DNA from: Nemertoderma westbladi
Lineage: Eukaryota; Animalia; Xenacoelomorpha
Assembly (NCBI GenBank): GCA_032718475.1
Contig: JAUCBJ010000498.1
Coordinates: 14,436 to 78,435, forward strand
Direction of reading: 5' to 3'
Length of the DNA stretch: 64,000 nt
The notes beneath the pieces were generated by a model that was given only the letters and a program-made list of their open reading frames with translations, had not been told where the DNA came from and made no database searches. Below, piece by piece: positions 1-14,640 of the stretch. Every line of letters starts with the position of its first letter. Positions within the stretch are counted from its first letter, which is position 1. A program made the translations under genes and the position numbers.

Positions 1-229
1 TCTCAACTTTTGCTTATATTGATACCTACAAATTTTCAACTTGGCAGCTTTAAATCCGACAAAGTTATTAGCATGTCAAAATCGTAACGACGACGACAAC
101 GACGACGACGACAACGACGACGACGACAACGACGACGACGACGACGACGACAACTATTTGCATAAATTGACCCACCCCCTAACAGTGTCAATTCGCTAAG
201 GCTCCGCCAACTTCGTGGCTCGCCCCACA
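1..229 (-). mobile_element. 5' end of HINE/Helentron-like non-autonomous element (same family as 18727-20335), runs off window start
   Basis: Reverse complement is nearly identical to 18728-18965, including the TGTGGGGCGAGCCACGAAG terminus and (GTC)n microsatellite. Confidence 0.75.
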
Positions 230-662
230 ATGAACATCACAGCAGATTATACTATCGAGAGGCAGAATCAAGTTGGAAAGATAGTCATTAACTTGATTTG
301 TATAATTAAAAATGTTATTGGGCAATGCCTTGCTCCAATTAGGTACCGCCGTAAACTTGGGCTCACGATCAGCACAGCAGTGCTCCACTGAGCCCATGTT
401 TATGTTGGTATCCATAGAAACCGGTATATGATCACTACCTACCAAATTATATAAAAGCGAAATTTTAGATATAGAGGTATGAAAATCGTTACTAGAAATA
501 ATGTGATCAAGCCACGAGACAGAACCGTGGGCTGAACTAATAAATGAGAAGGAATCAGTGGGTAATACAATTTTGTCTGAAAATGTAAGACCTGAAAAAT
601 TACAAAAATATATAATTTTATCTATTTGAATTTAAAGTTATAGCAATCTAAATTATAGAAAG

Positions 663-1916
663 TTATATCAATTTGAAGCCAATATTCTAACTTAGATTTT
701 GGTCTGTGTTTGGAGTCACAACTTTGCCATGGAAACAGGATACATCCAATTGAATTCAAAAGCCAGATTTTATACATTTGTAATAGAAGCTTCGAGGCCG
801 ATTAAATAGGAAATGCGCTATTTGGACGATACATGGTCATGAAGAATGCTTGATTGTTATGAAAGATTAAAATTCGAGGAACGCATCAAGTTTATTTATT
901 TTTTTTATTTATTTTATTACAATTTATTTTGTGCCAATATTTAACATAGTAATCCAATGTCCGTTAAAATGACAGTCCAAATAATTTCTAACAATAAAGT
1001 CAGAGTGGCGGTGCACCATCTTGCTGGAACACAATATCGCTATGATGGATTCCTAACTCATGGACAAAAAATCTAAGTTTAAATTTTGAAGATATCAAAT
1101 CTAAATAACTGGCACTTGTAACAGTTGGTGTATCTAAAAGGTATAGACCAATTAATCGTGTGCGAGTATAGCTGCCCATACAGTGACCTTTGGTGAGTCG
1201 CGAGATTTTTCAGCGATTGGGTGTTGGTTTTCCTTTCCCCTCTTTTTAGACTCATCACTAAAAAATACCTTGGATAAGTCCTTAGATTCTAGAAAGTTCA
1301 ATATCTGGGCCGCGAATATGTTGAATTTCATGTAGGAGCTGAATTTTGTGAGGTTTAAATTTGAGTTTCTTAACAACTCTTTGAATACTGCTACGACTGC
1401 AGCTTAATGATAGTGATGTGATGCCCGTCTCAGTGATGTCTTGGGATTTTGGATATAATGGGCCTCAATGATATCTCTTGAAACACGAATGCGTCTTCTT
1501 CCTGACCCATTTTTCTGGTGAAACCGGATTCGGATGAAAGTTTTTTTTAAAGAATCTTAAAATTTCAGCGTATTTAGGAAGACGCTGATTTGGAAATTTG
1601 TGTCCAAGTGCACTAGCTGTCAGTTTGGGCGACTTAGTTTCAAAACACGTTTTTATAATAAAAACTTTCTCTTCACCAGAGAGCATGATTCCAACTTTAA
1701 ACACAAGAGTAAACCAAAATGCTAGCTAGCCTTATTTCCATAGTGACACTAACTTTCTCATAAAATAATTACCCGCAAAAGCATAGAACGTTCATCTACG
1801 AATGTATACAATCTGGCTTTTGAATTCAATTGGTTGTATCTTGTTTCCATAACAACGTTGTGACTCCAAACACAGACCAAAATCTAAGTTAGAAAATTGT
1901 CTTTAAATTGATATAA
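663..1916 (-). mobile_element. Decayed Tc1/mariner-superfamily DNA transposon with long TIRs
   Basis: ~120-bp inverted repeats (663-785 vs 1800-1916). Minus-strand remnants: N-terminal HTH-like MLSGEEKVFII..., FFSDES, SPKVTVWAAI, and FQQDGAPP at ~1006-1030. Frameshifted. Confidence 0.8.
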
Positions 1917-2149
1917 AAACTTAGATTATATCCAAAATGTATTTATTCCTTTTAATAAATTACATAGACTATATTATATTAATATAATGGATTAATAATG
2001 GAAGATTATACCGTCTAGTCAGTTTAATATACATAAATCACAAAATAACAGTTTAATAAAACAGGTTAACAAAACAAATTGGTTAAAAATCGATAATATT
2101 AAAATCGATATTATAAAAACACGATTATTCGGTTTTAATCCCCCACCCA

Positions 2150-5100
2150 CATCCCAGCGCCGTCATGCAGCCGCCATTACTTCCACCCACCCCTCAGACA
2201 CAGACCCACTGCCTAGACAAAAGCGATGGAGTTGCAGCAGTTGCAGCGCATATGTCAAACAACACCTCCCTCTGCTGCTCCCGCACTCCATGGACAACTA
2301 GGTCAGTCCTGACCGCTGCATCTCCCAAGTACTGCCCCTCATGCAACAATACCTCCCGCCTCATGGCACTCTCCCCCCATACCTTCGCACACCACGTTCC
2401 TACCACATCCATCATCTCGTCATGCAAATGAATGACGAGTCCACCCCTAAGGCAATTGAGGGCATGGACTACCGTAAACTCAGCGCCACTGCCGTCGCAA
2501 TGGGAGAGGAGGAGTGGACAGGTGTATCCGTTGTGGAGGCACAATGTGTCTCTAAATGTCTTGGCTGCAGGTCGGTTTGGTGGACCTTGGATGGCGTCAC
2601 ACATAGCCGAGCTTCAGTTGTATCTACACCTTGCGCTGTCTCTCTAAATTCATCCGCTCCAACACCTGAGTCTGCACCTCTGCAGCCCTCATCCTCCACT
2701 TTACGATTCCGGTGGGTGATGTCCTGTAGCTGAGAGACGTAGTCCATGATAGAAAAGGAGAGTCCTCCAGGAGTGCAGAGGCGATAGCCGCTGTCCCCTT
2801 CTTACACATCTGGAATGCCGTAGAATCGTGTCTCTGAGCCCCATTGGAGCCCCCCCCCCCCCGCCCATAGTGGACAGGCTGAAGTAGCAACTCTGTATGC
2901 GGTACAGGAACTCCGAAAAGGGCGGTCATTCGTTATCGCCACTAGGGATAAACCTTCGCTGCATCCGCTACGATCTCGGTATGAGACACCAATTGCTTTA
3001 CTTTATCATCCAAGTAGGAGATGCATTCGGAATCTGCACCCATGAACGAACCCCCCAAGGAACCACCAACCTGCAACTATGTTTGTTCTCTTCTTTCAAT
3101 CATAGTGGAACGAATCATTCTCAAGGATGCATTTTCTCTCAAGGATGCTTTTCCTTGCATACAACTAAAATACATTTGTCAGGTGTGGGGAAGTAACCGA
3201 GCAAGGGGTCATGGAGGCATAAAGAGGAGAATCAACTCGCAACAGACTCGAACAAACCCAACCACGAGGAGTCATCGGTATACCAACTCTGAATATTGGT
3301 GTTGGCCACGCATTGGACGACAGTTACCACAGCACCCTGGGCCTCTGAGGGTTCCATACCAGCCAAAATTCCTGGAGGCAGAGCGGGATTATGCTAAAAC
3401 GGATCTGTATCGAATACATGAGGCTCATCCATTGAAATGACCTCGTCCCCTCATGATTGGTTAACTGTAGACACTGGATCTACCTTGAACCAGTGTATAA
3501 GTGGTATTGTAGCAGCAGCGTACATCTGCACTGCCAGGGGGTTTCCCTGTGTACTTCCCCCTGGCTCCAGATTGGCTGGGAGTCGTAATGAATGTAGAGT
3601 GCGGAGTGTCCCTTGTAGCAGTTAAAGGGGTACTGCGAACATCGAGGCCAGAGCATCCAGGCGTGCCATAAGGCCGGACCCCAGGCAATGATATTAATCT
3701 TGTTGCTTGCATCTACTAGTAATGCACGGTCTTCCCCCTGTAACTGATCTCCTCATTGAGTGTGTGAATCGCACCCTCCATTCCAGCTTTTTAGCTAGCT
3801 CTTATTTGCTCCACCATCCCTGCGAGTTCAATTAAATCGTCGCAAGTCACATGGCCATACACTTCGCTATTAGCCATGAAAATGCTCTAAGGCTCTTAGG
3901 GCGCGAATCTGTTCCCAGTGAACTATTGTGTTGGCTAACTGCGTTGTCATAACAACCACCATTTGGCGCAGCCAATGCAGTGACTCCTACTGCCATGTTT
4001 TAGGAGAAGGTCAGCCCAACAGTTGGCATCACCACCTAATGAACTAGCGCCGCCGCAGATATGGTGGCTAATTTGCTCAACTGTAATAGCAGTGTCGATG
4101 TCTGGAATCCTCATTAACCCCATGAAAACTTCCTTATCCAACACTATTTCAGCCGGATGCTTTTCACATAGGATGTCTTTCACAGAAACCCCTGTGTCCC
4201 ATCCGGCTGCTGGCTGCTGCGGTCTAATAGGCTGCAGGATGTGTGCTCCATTAGGAAGCCAACAGCCGACCTAATCTTTCCTTGCAGCATTAGGTGGCCG
4301 AACACCCTATATATGTGTCCCCTGTCATCATTGTGTCCCCCCCAGAAAATGTAATCAGTCTATGGCACACCAGCCATCGAACTTCAGTGGAGGACTGCAC
4401 AGCACATCCCTATCGCATTGAAGAGATACTGCTATGAGAACTAGCGGTTTATCGGATGGTGGATCCCAACTCGCAACTGCCTCCAGCTCCTCGGCAACAG
4501 GATTGCCTCTAGGAACGCCATAGTGTCACTGTCACAAGGTCGCTAATTTAGATTGGTAAGTATGTCATTCCTCATATGTTGTGGGATTCGCCTGGAGATT
4601 GTAGTAAAGGAGCACCGAATGCTTCCTTCATTTTGCATTGACTGGACTGGGTTCTTTGATGGGTTGACGCAGACCAGGGAGTGCCATTGTTGATCACAAT
4701 ATACAAGACATCTGTCTTAGTTCTGGGCATTAACATAACATCTGGATCATTGGAAGTGTTGGGTCCATTTAAATTGCATCATGTCCCACATATGGGCATG
4801 CATCAACTCAATAGAGTCATACCCTCTACCCGTCTTCCCTCATACCCTCTTCCTCTCCATGCAGCATAAAGTGCCACCTGTTGTGGCTGCAAAGCCTCTC
4901 TTACTAAGGGCATACATCTGATTCTGTATCTAGGACACCCTTGTCCTGGGTTAAGGATAAGGACCCATATTCTCGGCTGCAGGTGTATATGGCCAGATCA
5001 GGCAGATGGTAACCCACAAATGGCTGGTCAAGAGTAGAGTGCTATCATCTCCAATTTGTGTTCACTCCAGACTTCAATGCGACCTGCGTCTGGCAGCAAG

Positions 5101-5150
5101 TGTACAGTGCATGGCCCAACAGATGAGCTGCATAGCCAATGTATTTCACT
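2150..5150 (-). mobile_element. Decayed CRE-like non-LTR retrotransposon (RT plus restriction-like endonuclease)
   Basis: Fragments DILCEKHP, GVRP, STQGNPLAVQMYA...IPLI, and C-terminal FRDTLCL...CDG...HALNCLRGGLVIHLHDEM...RTDLVVHG...LFDI (zinc knuckle, RHD and PD-D-like motifs). Many stops; ends approximate. Confidence 0.7.
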
Positions 5151-7551
5151 TCTACCTATGTCGTTCCTAGAAGTGAGAATGATTTATAATATCTATTAGC
5201 CATGTAATGAGGCGGTGACCTCTTTGAATCAGGCATTGAATTTGCCAAAGTTGGTCCAATCGAAGTGAAAATATTATTAAAAGTAGTTACAATACTCGGG
5301 GGTTCGGATGTACTTGTGCTACAGTAAAGTTTTTTTTGGAACGAACAATTTTTTAGATTTTGTATAATTGTATGTCATGACTCCCAAATTGATCCACAAA
5401 TAACAATTTTTGAGCATTACGATACATTATTTTACTTTATATTATTATATTATTATATTTTATATATTATTATATAATATATTATTTATTATTATTATTT
5501 ACTTATATATATTTATATTATTTAATACATTTGATTACGTGATCTGTCAGCTTTTTAGATACCAATTTTGTACTTAAATGTTTCCAACAAAATTATAATC
5601 ACACAAGGAATCACTTCCCACCTTCTCATTATATATATATAAAAGTAATTCATTTTTTTACACAAAGGTGGGGTTTGTTAAGAAAGAGTAAAATTGTTGT
5701 CTGATAGAAAATGTTTAATGATAGAAAATGTTTACTGATATATTTTTTTGTTAAGGATTAGTAAAGATATTGTCTGTCAATGTAGTATAATTGATGCATT
5801 GTGTGTCAATAATGAATTAATTAGGCAATAAAGCATTAATTAGCGCAGCAGTGTCTCATGGAATCAATATTTAATGCAACTCAATAAAGCAATTGTTAGT
5901 ACCGTTTATCAATAAAGCTATAATTAGTAGTACAGCTGCATATAAAAAAAAATATAGTACAGCAAAGTGTCAATAGATAAAGCAATAATTAATACAACTG
6001 TATGTCAATGAATCAATAACCAGAGTAGCAAAGTGCAACAGTTCTTCATAGTCTCTCTTATATTTCCAAGAAGTGCTAAGAACCGAGAGAAAGCCGCCCC
6101 AATATTAGATTATAACAACAACATTTCCATTGGGTAAGAAAGTGGAGAAGAGCCAGGCCCGACTCTCAATTTTTTAGTTTATATTACGCGATCAATTTTC
6201 ACTCATCTCGTCATGAACACAACATGTATGTAAACGTTTGATAAATTTGTTGGCTATGCGTTTGCGGCTGTTTGGGCGGGGTGTGGTAGGCCTACACTTT
6301 TCACACTGAAACATTTTGGTTGTGAAATGTTCAGGGCACAGCGATCAGAGATATTTCATATATATTTTATTATGAGAGGAAGAAGAACATACAACGTTAT
6401 TTACTATATTATATGTAACGAAATAATTGTTTTTGGGTTTGGAAGCCTCCCCAAAGAGTTGATATACGATTATATTTAAAATTATTTCCATGGTCATGGT
6501 CATTCACCCGTCTTTAGTTAGAAATTTGTTTGCATGAAAGACAGTTTAGTTTGGTTTTTACTGATTATTATCTCTTATCTGACTGGGGTAATAATAAAGG
6601 ATAGGATAAATGGAAGCAAAGTGTGACAGTAACAAATATTTCCCCGTCACCCTAGCATGTCTTAAGTATACGATATCTAAAAGGGGGAAGTTTGGATTCA
6701 CTGCATAAATGCAGTTCACCAAACTTCCCCCGAATGCACACTGTAACTTCCCCCTTCCCCCAAATATCCACTGTTAAATTAATTTGAAGCGATATAATAA
6801 GTACAAAATTGTGCGAGTTTTTTATTGTGTAGTCCATTTGTTATTTGATTTCTATTTATTGTTTAAAGTGCATTTAATATCACACTGGTTTTTTAGAATA
6901 TTACAACCTTATGTTTTATTTATTAACCCAATCGAAGCCTTAATAAGGGCCGCTTATTTGTACGCATATCCCTAATGCGCTCAGTATGAGCCAAACAACA
7001 TATTAATATGAAAATAAAGTATCTGCAAAGAAAAGAACCCAATGCTATATAATTTGACCTTATTAAAAAATTTGCACTTTTGCACACTTATTTGTACAAG
7101 TGCACTTCAGCAGATCGTAATGGTGGTTCTTATTTAACAAACTTATGTTTATCCTCGACCGATCTACGATGGAGTATGATCAAGTGTCAGTCACTAAAAG
7201 TGTAAAAAATCTAATTTAATAAATCGCGACATTTGCGATTTTGGACCATATTCATGGGCATTTTAAGTCACTTTATATACATAAAAAGTTAAACAAATGT
7301 TACGATTATAGTTAGAAATCACTCCAAACTACATTTTAATCCAAAAAATAACATTCTACGATGAATGGAACTGGAAATAATAGTGTTTGAAATATCGAAA
7401 AAATGTGTACTTTTTAAGTGCATTATGCACTAAGTGCACATGCGTTTTCCCAAGTTGTATCCTATTTCACAAAAGTTTCCGATGAAACGGCCCAGTAGAA
7501 CAGAAGTTATTGATGTTTAAAAATAATCACTCGAAAATTTCAAATTCTCTT

Positions 7552-7624
7552 GGTCACGTAGTCTAGTGGTAATCAATCACGTTAACGATACTTAAGTTCG
7601 TGGGTTCGAAACCCAAAATGACCA
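7552..7624 (+). pseudogene. tRNA-derived remnant (pseudogene or SINE head)
   Basis: A-box TAGTCTAGTGG, B-box/T-arm TGGGTTCGAAACCCA, partial acceptor pairing GGTCA/TGACC; anticodon arm not canonical. Confidence 0.5.
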
Positions 7625-9514
7625 TTCTTAATTTTTTGCAAAAAAAAAAAATTTTTAATTTTTGACTAAATTAAGGTTCTGGTGCTCCAAATTCAATAAA
7701 ATTGGTATATTCTTTTGTAATTTTTTTTTCTATCTTTTGAGAGGGGGTATTTTTGGCCCCAAAAAAAATGAAAAAAAAGGGCCAAAATTACGCGATATTT
7801 TTCGACCCTTAAAACTCGTTATTTTAATTATAAATGTTAAGAAAAAAGATAGTGGAGTTAATTTGCTACATTTTACGGGAACTTTTGGCGCAAAACGTTA
7901 AATTATAATGTAATGGCGATTTATTAAAAAAAAATTTTTCGTCACTTTTTTATAAGTAGTATATTTCACATAGTTCCAGTTATATAATAGCTATGGCGCT
8001 GTAACTACCGTTGAAAGATAGATAATTTGACGCTCTATAAGACTGTTTAAATAAGTCTCCCAGACCTTATGTATTTTTCGAGTTCCCGCGAAGCGAGTTT
8101 GAAGCGTGAAATTATAATTTGGGCCCTAATTTTTTTAATATCGTTTGCGCGGCAAAACCAATCGAATATTTGGATTCCCCGTATCGATATTAACCGTATA
8201 AACTGTACTTTAACCTTCAAGAGTCAAAAATAAAAAAGTTGTTAGTTATAAACTTTTTATTATTTTCTGGCCCTTTTTGGACCCCTTTGCCTACATAATT
8301 TGTATACCCCCATTCGATAGGAATGTAGCCCCTGTGGTCTTCTACGCTTTCCGAAAAAGAATTGGCAGATTCCTACTAGCGTTGTCGAATTAAAAAGTTT
8401 GGAAATAATAATTATGTAAAAAAGATGGAAAAAACGGACAAAGTTACGGCCCCTTTTTCCACCCGAAATATTAATAAATATCTTACCCCCATTCGATACG
8501 AAGGTAGTACCACTCTTCCCCTTTCCAACCGCGTTAATTTCGTCCCCGTACGATTAATATTAGCCGAGTCAGAGCGGATCCCGCAAAGCCATTTTGTCCG
8601 TTTTTTCAACTTTGACGGACAATTTCGGGAAAAAGGCGTGGTAATCTTTTTTGAAAAAAAAAACGAATTCACTAATTAATCCCTTCTATCGTATCCCGGC
8701 GTCGGTTAAGCAATAACCTAGGGTTTTTTCGAGCCACTGTAGAGCGCCTTTCAAAAAATTTTTAAAATTGTCAAAAAAAATGACGGTTTTTTGTCCGCCG
8801 TGTCCGTCGAGGGGATCGATTTGCTAATGTTAGAGTTGCTAATATCTTAGAATTCCGAGCCGCTCTCCTGGTGCGAAAATAAAAAAATTTGGTCTCTTCC
8901 TTCATCGAAAAGTCCCCCAGAATCCCAAGTTAACCTATATAGTTAGCGATGGCCTGCGGCTTTAGGAGCGGCCGCGGTATTCACCTCCCTCATAGCGGCC
9001 GCGGCGGTGTTGCGTCAAATGGAGAAATATTTATCCCACCATGCGTAGTGTAAAATAATGTTATTTTTTTATGAATCCTTAGAATTAGCTAAATTATTTC
9101 GCTGAGACATTGACATGGTAAATTATAATCCTATAAGATATGGACCTGATCATAGGCTGCGTCTTTGGGAAGACACAGACCATTCTACAGCTCTCCAGTC
9201 TACCGCTAGGGGGCGAAATGTCAAGTGAAAACCTTCTCTCATTATGTTATTTCTAATACCTTTTAGCTGATTATTGGCAGATGTCTACTACACCATAGGT
9301 TATATAACCGTTGCGTATTTGCATTGGAAGGTATCTACTATAGAGTATATGCATCATCTTGTATTTATAGCCTGCCAAGTAAAGACGCTTTCGTTTGAGA
9401 GTACGCTGAGACTTCAAAGTTACAGTAATTAATTAATTTATTTATGTTTGAATTGTTGAATAAGTTTGTTATCTAGTTTAATAATAATTCAATATCATCA
9501 ATTTCGAAACATCA

Positions 9515-9770
9515 ATGACAGATCGGCAGTTAGATAACATTAGATTAATAACATTAGATTTAAGTGCCGCATTCGATACTGTTGACCATCATAAGTTGTC
9601 GATTTTAGAAAACGAAATAGGAGTTAGTGGTCCAGCTTTACAGTGGTTTGAATCTTATTTAATCGATCGGCCACAGTATGTACGAATAGGAAATTCATTT
9701 TCTGAACAAAAAAGATTACGATTCGGAGTACTGCAAGGGTCTGTGTTGGGACCACTGCTCTTTGGGTGTG
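9515..9770 (+). pseudogene. L2/CR1-group reverse transcriptase fragment
   Basis: LDLSAAFDTVDH...ALQWFESYL..R.QYV...FGVLQGSVLGPLLF. Confidence 0.85.
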
Positions 9771-9944
9771 TACAATACAAAGACCTAAGGCGTACAGCCG
9801 TAATACAGTAATCATAACCCGCCACCAGTGCATCATACAGCACCAGCACAGCATAGGCCTACTTACTTACAGACTGACAGAAATACCACGGCAGTATGGT
9901 ACTGCTATCAGGCTGTACGCTACTGTGTTTGACAGGGTTATACC

Positions 9945-10145
9945 ACGGGGTCTTACTTTTGTACCAGGGTGAGTCTTACTTTTGTACCAGGGGGTCTTAC
10001 TTTTGTACCAGGGGGGGGGGGGGTCTTACTTTTGTACCGGGGGGGGGGGTCTTAATTTTGTACCAGGGGGGTCTTACTTTTGTACCAGGGGGGGTGTTAC
10101 TTTTGTACCGGGGGGGGGGGGGGGGTCTTACTTTTGTACCAGGGG
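9945..10145. repeat. ~20-25 bp minisatellite GGGGTCTTACTTTTGTACC(A)Gn
   Basis: About 8 visible units with variable poly-G. Confidence 0.9.
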
Positions 10146-11143
10146 GGTCCTGGGGGGTGGGGTCATATTGCACCGCTTCTAAAGTTTACAAATGTTTACG
10201 AAAACTTCTGATTTTTTGTTTGTACGTAGATCTCAGTAGTCTGAATCCGATTACTGATTCATATGAATCAGATTTTCAAAATATTTGAAAGTAACAATTT
10301 TCAGCAATCCATATTTCAATACAGGTTTTCTGGGGCGCTGAATCTATTGGAAAGTATTTAAAAATGATCTGATTACTATAAATGGTAGTTTTAGTCCTCA
10401 AGTAGGCAAAAAATGAAAAAAAAAACAACTAATCAGCACTTTTCAGTTTAAACACAAAACTTTAAATCAACTCAAATGGTGCTGTGCTATAAATTCACTT
10501 CTTTTAGGTTTTCTGGAGCGCTGATTCTTAAAGGAATACATTTCCAATGCTCTAGATCATTGCAACTCTTATTTTTCTGCGTAAGATGGCAATTCTAGTG
10601 CTAGCACCAAATTTCGAACCCACTTCCCAAAAGTACAAAGAATATGATGTTCAGTGCTGTTTTTATTTATTCCATGGGATTCAGTACCCTCATAAACACA
10701 GATAACGCAAGAAACAATATGATACTATCTATATTATCTATTCTATATATTACAATTTTTGTGCTAGCACCAAAATTTGGCACTCGCCGAAAAAAAGTTT
10801 GCTATTTCCACCACATTTTATATGTATTCCATCGAATTGCGATCACCAAAAAACCGATGTAACTCAAACATAGGGGCGTTACAGATCATAATCATGAAAA
10901 GTAATTTTCAAATAACGTCTCAAAAAGTGCCAAAAGTAGGGTTAAAAAATGTTGCTATAACTCGAGAAGTTCTCAATATTTTTAAAACTTTTTTCTTGTG
11001 TTTCACTATTAGGAAGACAAATTTTTGGGAAAAGTCATACAATTTCAGATTCCAAACAGCGCTTGTTTCTGAGTAATAGCAAAAATACACGGGGGGGGGG
11101 GGGGGGGGCTTCGTATTGATCTCCTTGGGTTTAACAGGGTTAA
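9945..11143. mobile_element. piggyBac-like non-autonomous element (left terminus not seen)
   Basis: Right end AGGG-TTAA at 11136-11143; body homologous to 59527-60200, which begins TTAA-CCCT. Confidence 0.6.
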
Positions 11144-13982
11144 GCATTATTTCTACCACACCACAGTTACCACAAATTGAGAGAAATTAATTAAGTAATT
11201 AGTGTATGAAATTAACCACATCTATAATGTAATTTAATTAAAATAAAATAAACCTAAATTAAACAAAAAAACAACATTGGCCCGATCTGGCTTTGCACCC
11301 CATCCCCACAACGTCAAGTTACAAGCATATGTTACTGGGAAAATCAATTACTTATCAAAAAATTATATTATACTGATCTTAAATATCTTTATATCTCTAT
11401 ATCTTTATTTATGTATACAGACAGTACTTATTTTATATAATAATAATAATACAATCAATGTCCAGTTGCAAATTCAGTCAGGTCAACTTAAGGTGGTTGG
11501 AGGGAGGAGGGAGGGAGGGGGGATCATAGATATGATCCTTTCATTCGAGCCCACACATGCATTGAATGGTATTGGCGCCACAAAGATGTCACAGAAACTA
11601 TCGTTCGGGTTTTGAAAAGCCTTTGTTTTACCAATAATGTGGTGGTAGCCATGGACTTGTATGTATGTCGACTTACTACATCACTTTCCTGGTTACTGTC
11701 TTCCCATTTCCTGTTCTTCTTAATGCTGGTGTTGTCCAGAATAGAGGTGGTATTTCTTTTGTATTAGTTTCAATAGCTTTTATGTATTTAGCAAATTCTT
11801 GAGTTTTTATGAGATTGAGTTGCTTCGCCAGGACGACAATGAAGTTGTTTTATTTGCTATTACCAGCCTATTTTGAGGTGATTTGTGAACTCCTAAAAAA
11901 AGTGTACTTTATTTCACGCGCAATTAATGCAAAAAATTTAATTTAACGCGTAATAAATAAATTTTTACGTGTAAAAAAAGTATTTTAGCGAGTGAAAATA
12001 TTAGCGAATAAAATTTGATCTGTGCCTGAATGATATGGACATAACAACATCCGAAACAACGAGTCCTTTCTGTAGCAGACAACCATAATTAGGATAATTC
12101 GAAAAAACGGCATTTGGAAAGCGGCGTAAATAAATTGTAAAACTTAAAGGTTTTATGGGAAGTGACAGTCAATTAGGATTATACTGAATGGTAAAACTGA
12201 TAGAGCATGAGATGACGACAAAGTTCGCTTAAAATTATTTCAATATCAATTAATTATTCTAGCAGACCACTACAATAATATGATAGTAACATGTTTCTTA
12301 AATTGATTTTCCATTGCTGTTGGTTTGGTAACGATTTAGCAGCTGCAGGAGTTCCTGTCAAACTGTCCGATTATATCACAGCTTTGAAGTTGAAGATGTA
12401 CAAATGCACAATATATTTAAGGGATACATACCGCCTGTTGCAGAATCGTAACTGGCTTATTCTACCCAATATATTTAGCTCTTGGAACTAATTACTATTA
12501 ACAGCTACGCTGATTCAACGGTTGTTAACAGCAAACCAATGTGGGCGGCTAGTGAGATTATCGGGAATTATAAATAGGGTAAAACTGTAACAGGCAATGT
12601 GCTCATCACATGGAGTTTACGTGGGGAACATCCTAATCTCCTCCATACCAAATATTGCTCTTAAATGTTGAGATTATATCAGAGGGAGCTAATACTACCT
12701 CAAGTCATATAAACTTTTATAAAGAATATATATATATATATAAAGAATAACTGCGGTGTAACTGGCGCAATACCGACGGAGACACCTTTTTCAAAATCTT
12801 GTAGCTAAAGAATGAAAGCAAAAATAAAAATTCTAGCTCACCCAGCAAGGAGGATGGAGGTGAAACTATATCTGTTTCAAATTTCATGCTATCTCATTAA
12901 GATTTATTTGTAGAAAAATTTGGGGGGGGGGGGGGGGGGGTCCAGGTACTTCAATAACGCAACTATATTCCAGGACATGGTGTACTACCATAGTACTTGG
13001 TGACCTGGCACTCAGTTCTATGATATTACCTGTTGGCAGGTAGTACATGGTGTGCCTCCTACACCTAAATGTGGTCAACATGCATCGATCATATATACCG
13101 GTTCGAAATTTGTATCGTTTTGATCAGCAACGTATCAAAATAACTGTTATTCAATTAAGTATTTTTTTAAACATTCAAGCAAGTAAAAATGATTACCGGT
13201 AGGTATGTCAAACTATGTATAACACTAAGAAGCAACATGACCTAGACGCGAAGGCATTCTCAAGAGGCCAAACTAGGAAATGCCACTGGAAAAGAAATCC
13301 CAAAGGGAGAAAGAACAACCGTATGAAATGAAAAGAGACGCATATTGTACAGTAACTGACCACTGGAAAGCAGCACCACAAACTTGGGCCTATCACATTT
13401 CTGCTTGTAGGTGACTTGCTTGGCATTTGCAAAACAGGCCGTAGTGGGGGTCGTGCAACCACTTTGAAATGTTTAAACAGTTCACGCCAGTCAATCAACC
13501 AACGTATATTGGGGTGGCCGAGATGTGTCATGATGAAATGGTTGTGCATGTGCAACAGACTTGTCGTATGACAAGCTATCTTTTGGCTATCTTTGGCAGT
13601 CACATCCTGGCGCTGCCCCACCTGTTCAAACGAGTGTTAGTTGGTGTGTCCAACATTTTCTCCCTTAAGGTCTGTTTACAAAATTAAGTTGCTAGTTGCC
13701 GAAAAACTAAAGTTGTCACGTGTAATCAGGTCTTAAGAAGGGGGGCAGAATGAATAAATGATGTTGTTGTAGGCAAGAATGGCAGATACTGGCGCAGTTT
13801 GGATGTTGTGAAAACAAACTAAATTACCGTGTTCAAGACCTGGCTATGAGACCACGTAACTTTCAAACAAACAGATCAGTGGCCTCGGTACTCAAACTTA
13901 TAGATAAAACGGCTGGTACCGCGCCCCCATCACAACTGATCCACTAGCAGTAGTCCTAGCGGATTGGACTACTGCTACTAGT

Positions 13983-14430
13983 ACTACTACTAGGATCACA
14001 TGCTGCATTGCAGCTGCATTTTTAAGAATGTTGTGCCGGCTTGTCGACAAAATTGCGCCGCCACAACTCCCTATCACCCATGATATTTGCTAGATCATCC
14101 GCATCTTCAAGGCCAGTGTCCTTTAAGATGCGTCTCAAGAAAGTCATGGGCTGTCCACCATGCTTATTCACTCCATGAGGCTGCCAAAGTACAAGATTAT
14201 GCACTGGCTGGTACTCACGGCAAAAGCAATGTCCTTCAAAGCGGAGGCGGATTTGTTCTAGTGTCAAGCTTGGGGGAACCAATGAGACACCTCCAATGTT
14301 ATATAGTGTCTGGTTGGAGATGTGTGCATTGTACTTGACACAATGAACCCGGCGTAGCATTCTTGTGAATGTGCGATCCAGAGATTTGGTGTCCTCAGCA
14401 GTTAGAGCCCAGCATGAACGCCCATGCTGC
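13983..14430 (-). mobile_element. RTE family A, 5'-truncated copy
   Basis: RT C-terminus (RLRFEGHCF...LVLWQP.HG) and (TAG)n tail; near-identical copies elsewhere in the window. Confidence 0.85.
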
Positions 14431-14640
14431 TAGCTCGTGTTGAACCAATGCATCAGTATACTGGTGGTAGCCAAGAAGCTTCTCATTCTTCAAGCATCCC
14501 CCACCACGGTATGGAGTCAGTTTGTTTTCACAACATCCAAACTGCGACAGTTTCTCCCATGGGGTTCAGTTTAAATTGTATAAGATAGTGACAAGCCGAC
14601 TTGAGAGCGTCGCAATGATCTATTACAAGGGGGCTGGTAG

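Noticed and set aside
36-230. Arg/Cys-rich protamine-like ORFs (also 18724-18930)
   Set aside because: Translation of the (GTC)n microsatellite in a repeat element
13540-13670. Possible Penelope GIY-YIG remnant, with a diverged inverted match at ~16260-16370
   Set aside because: Too degenerate to call by eye
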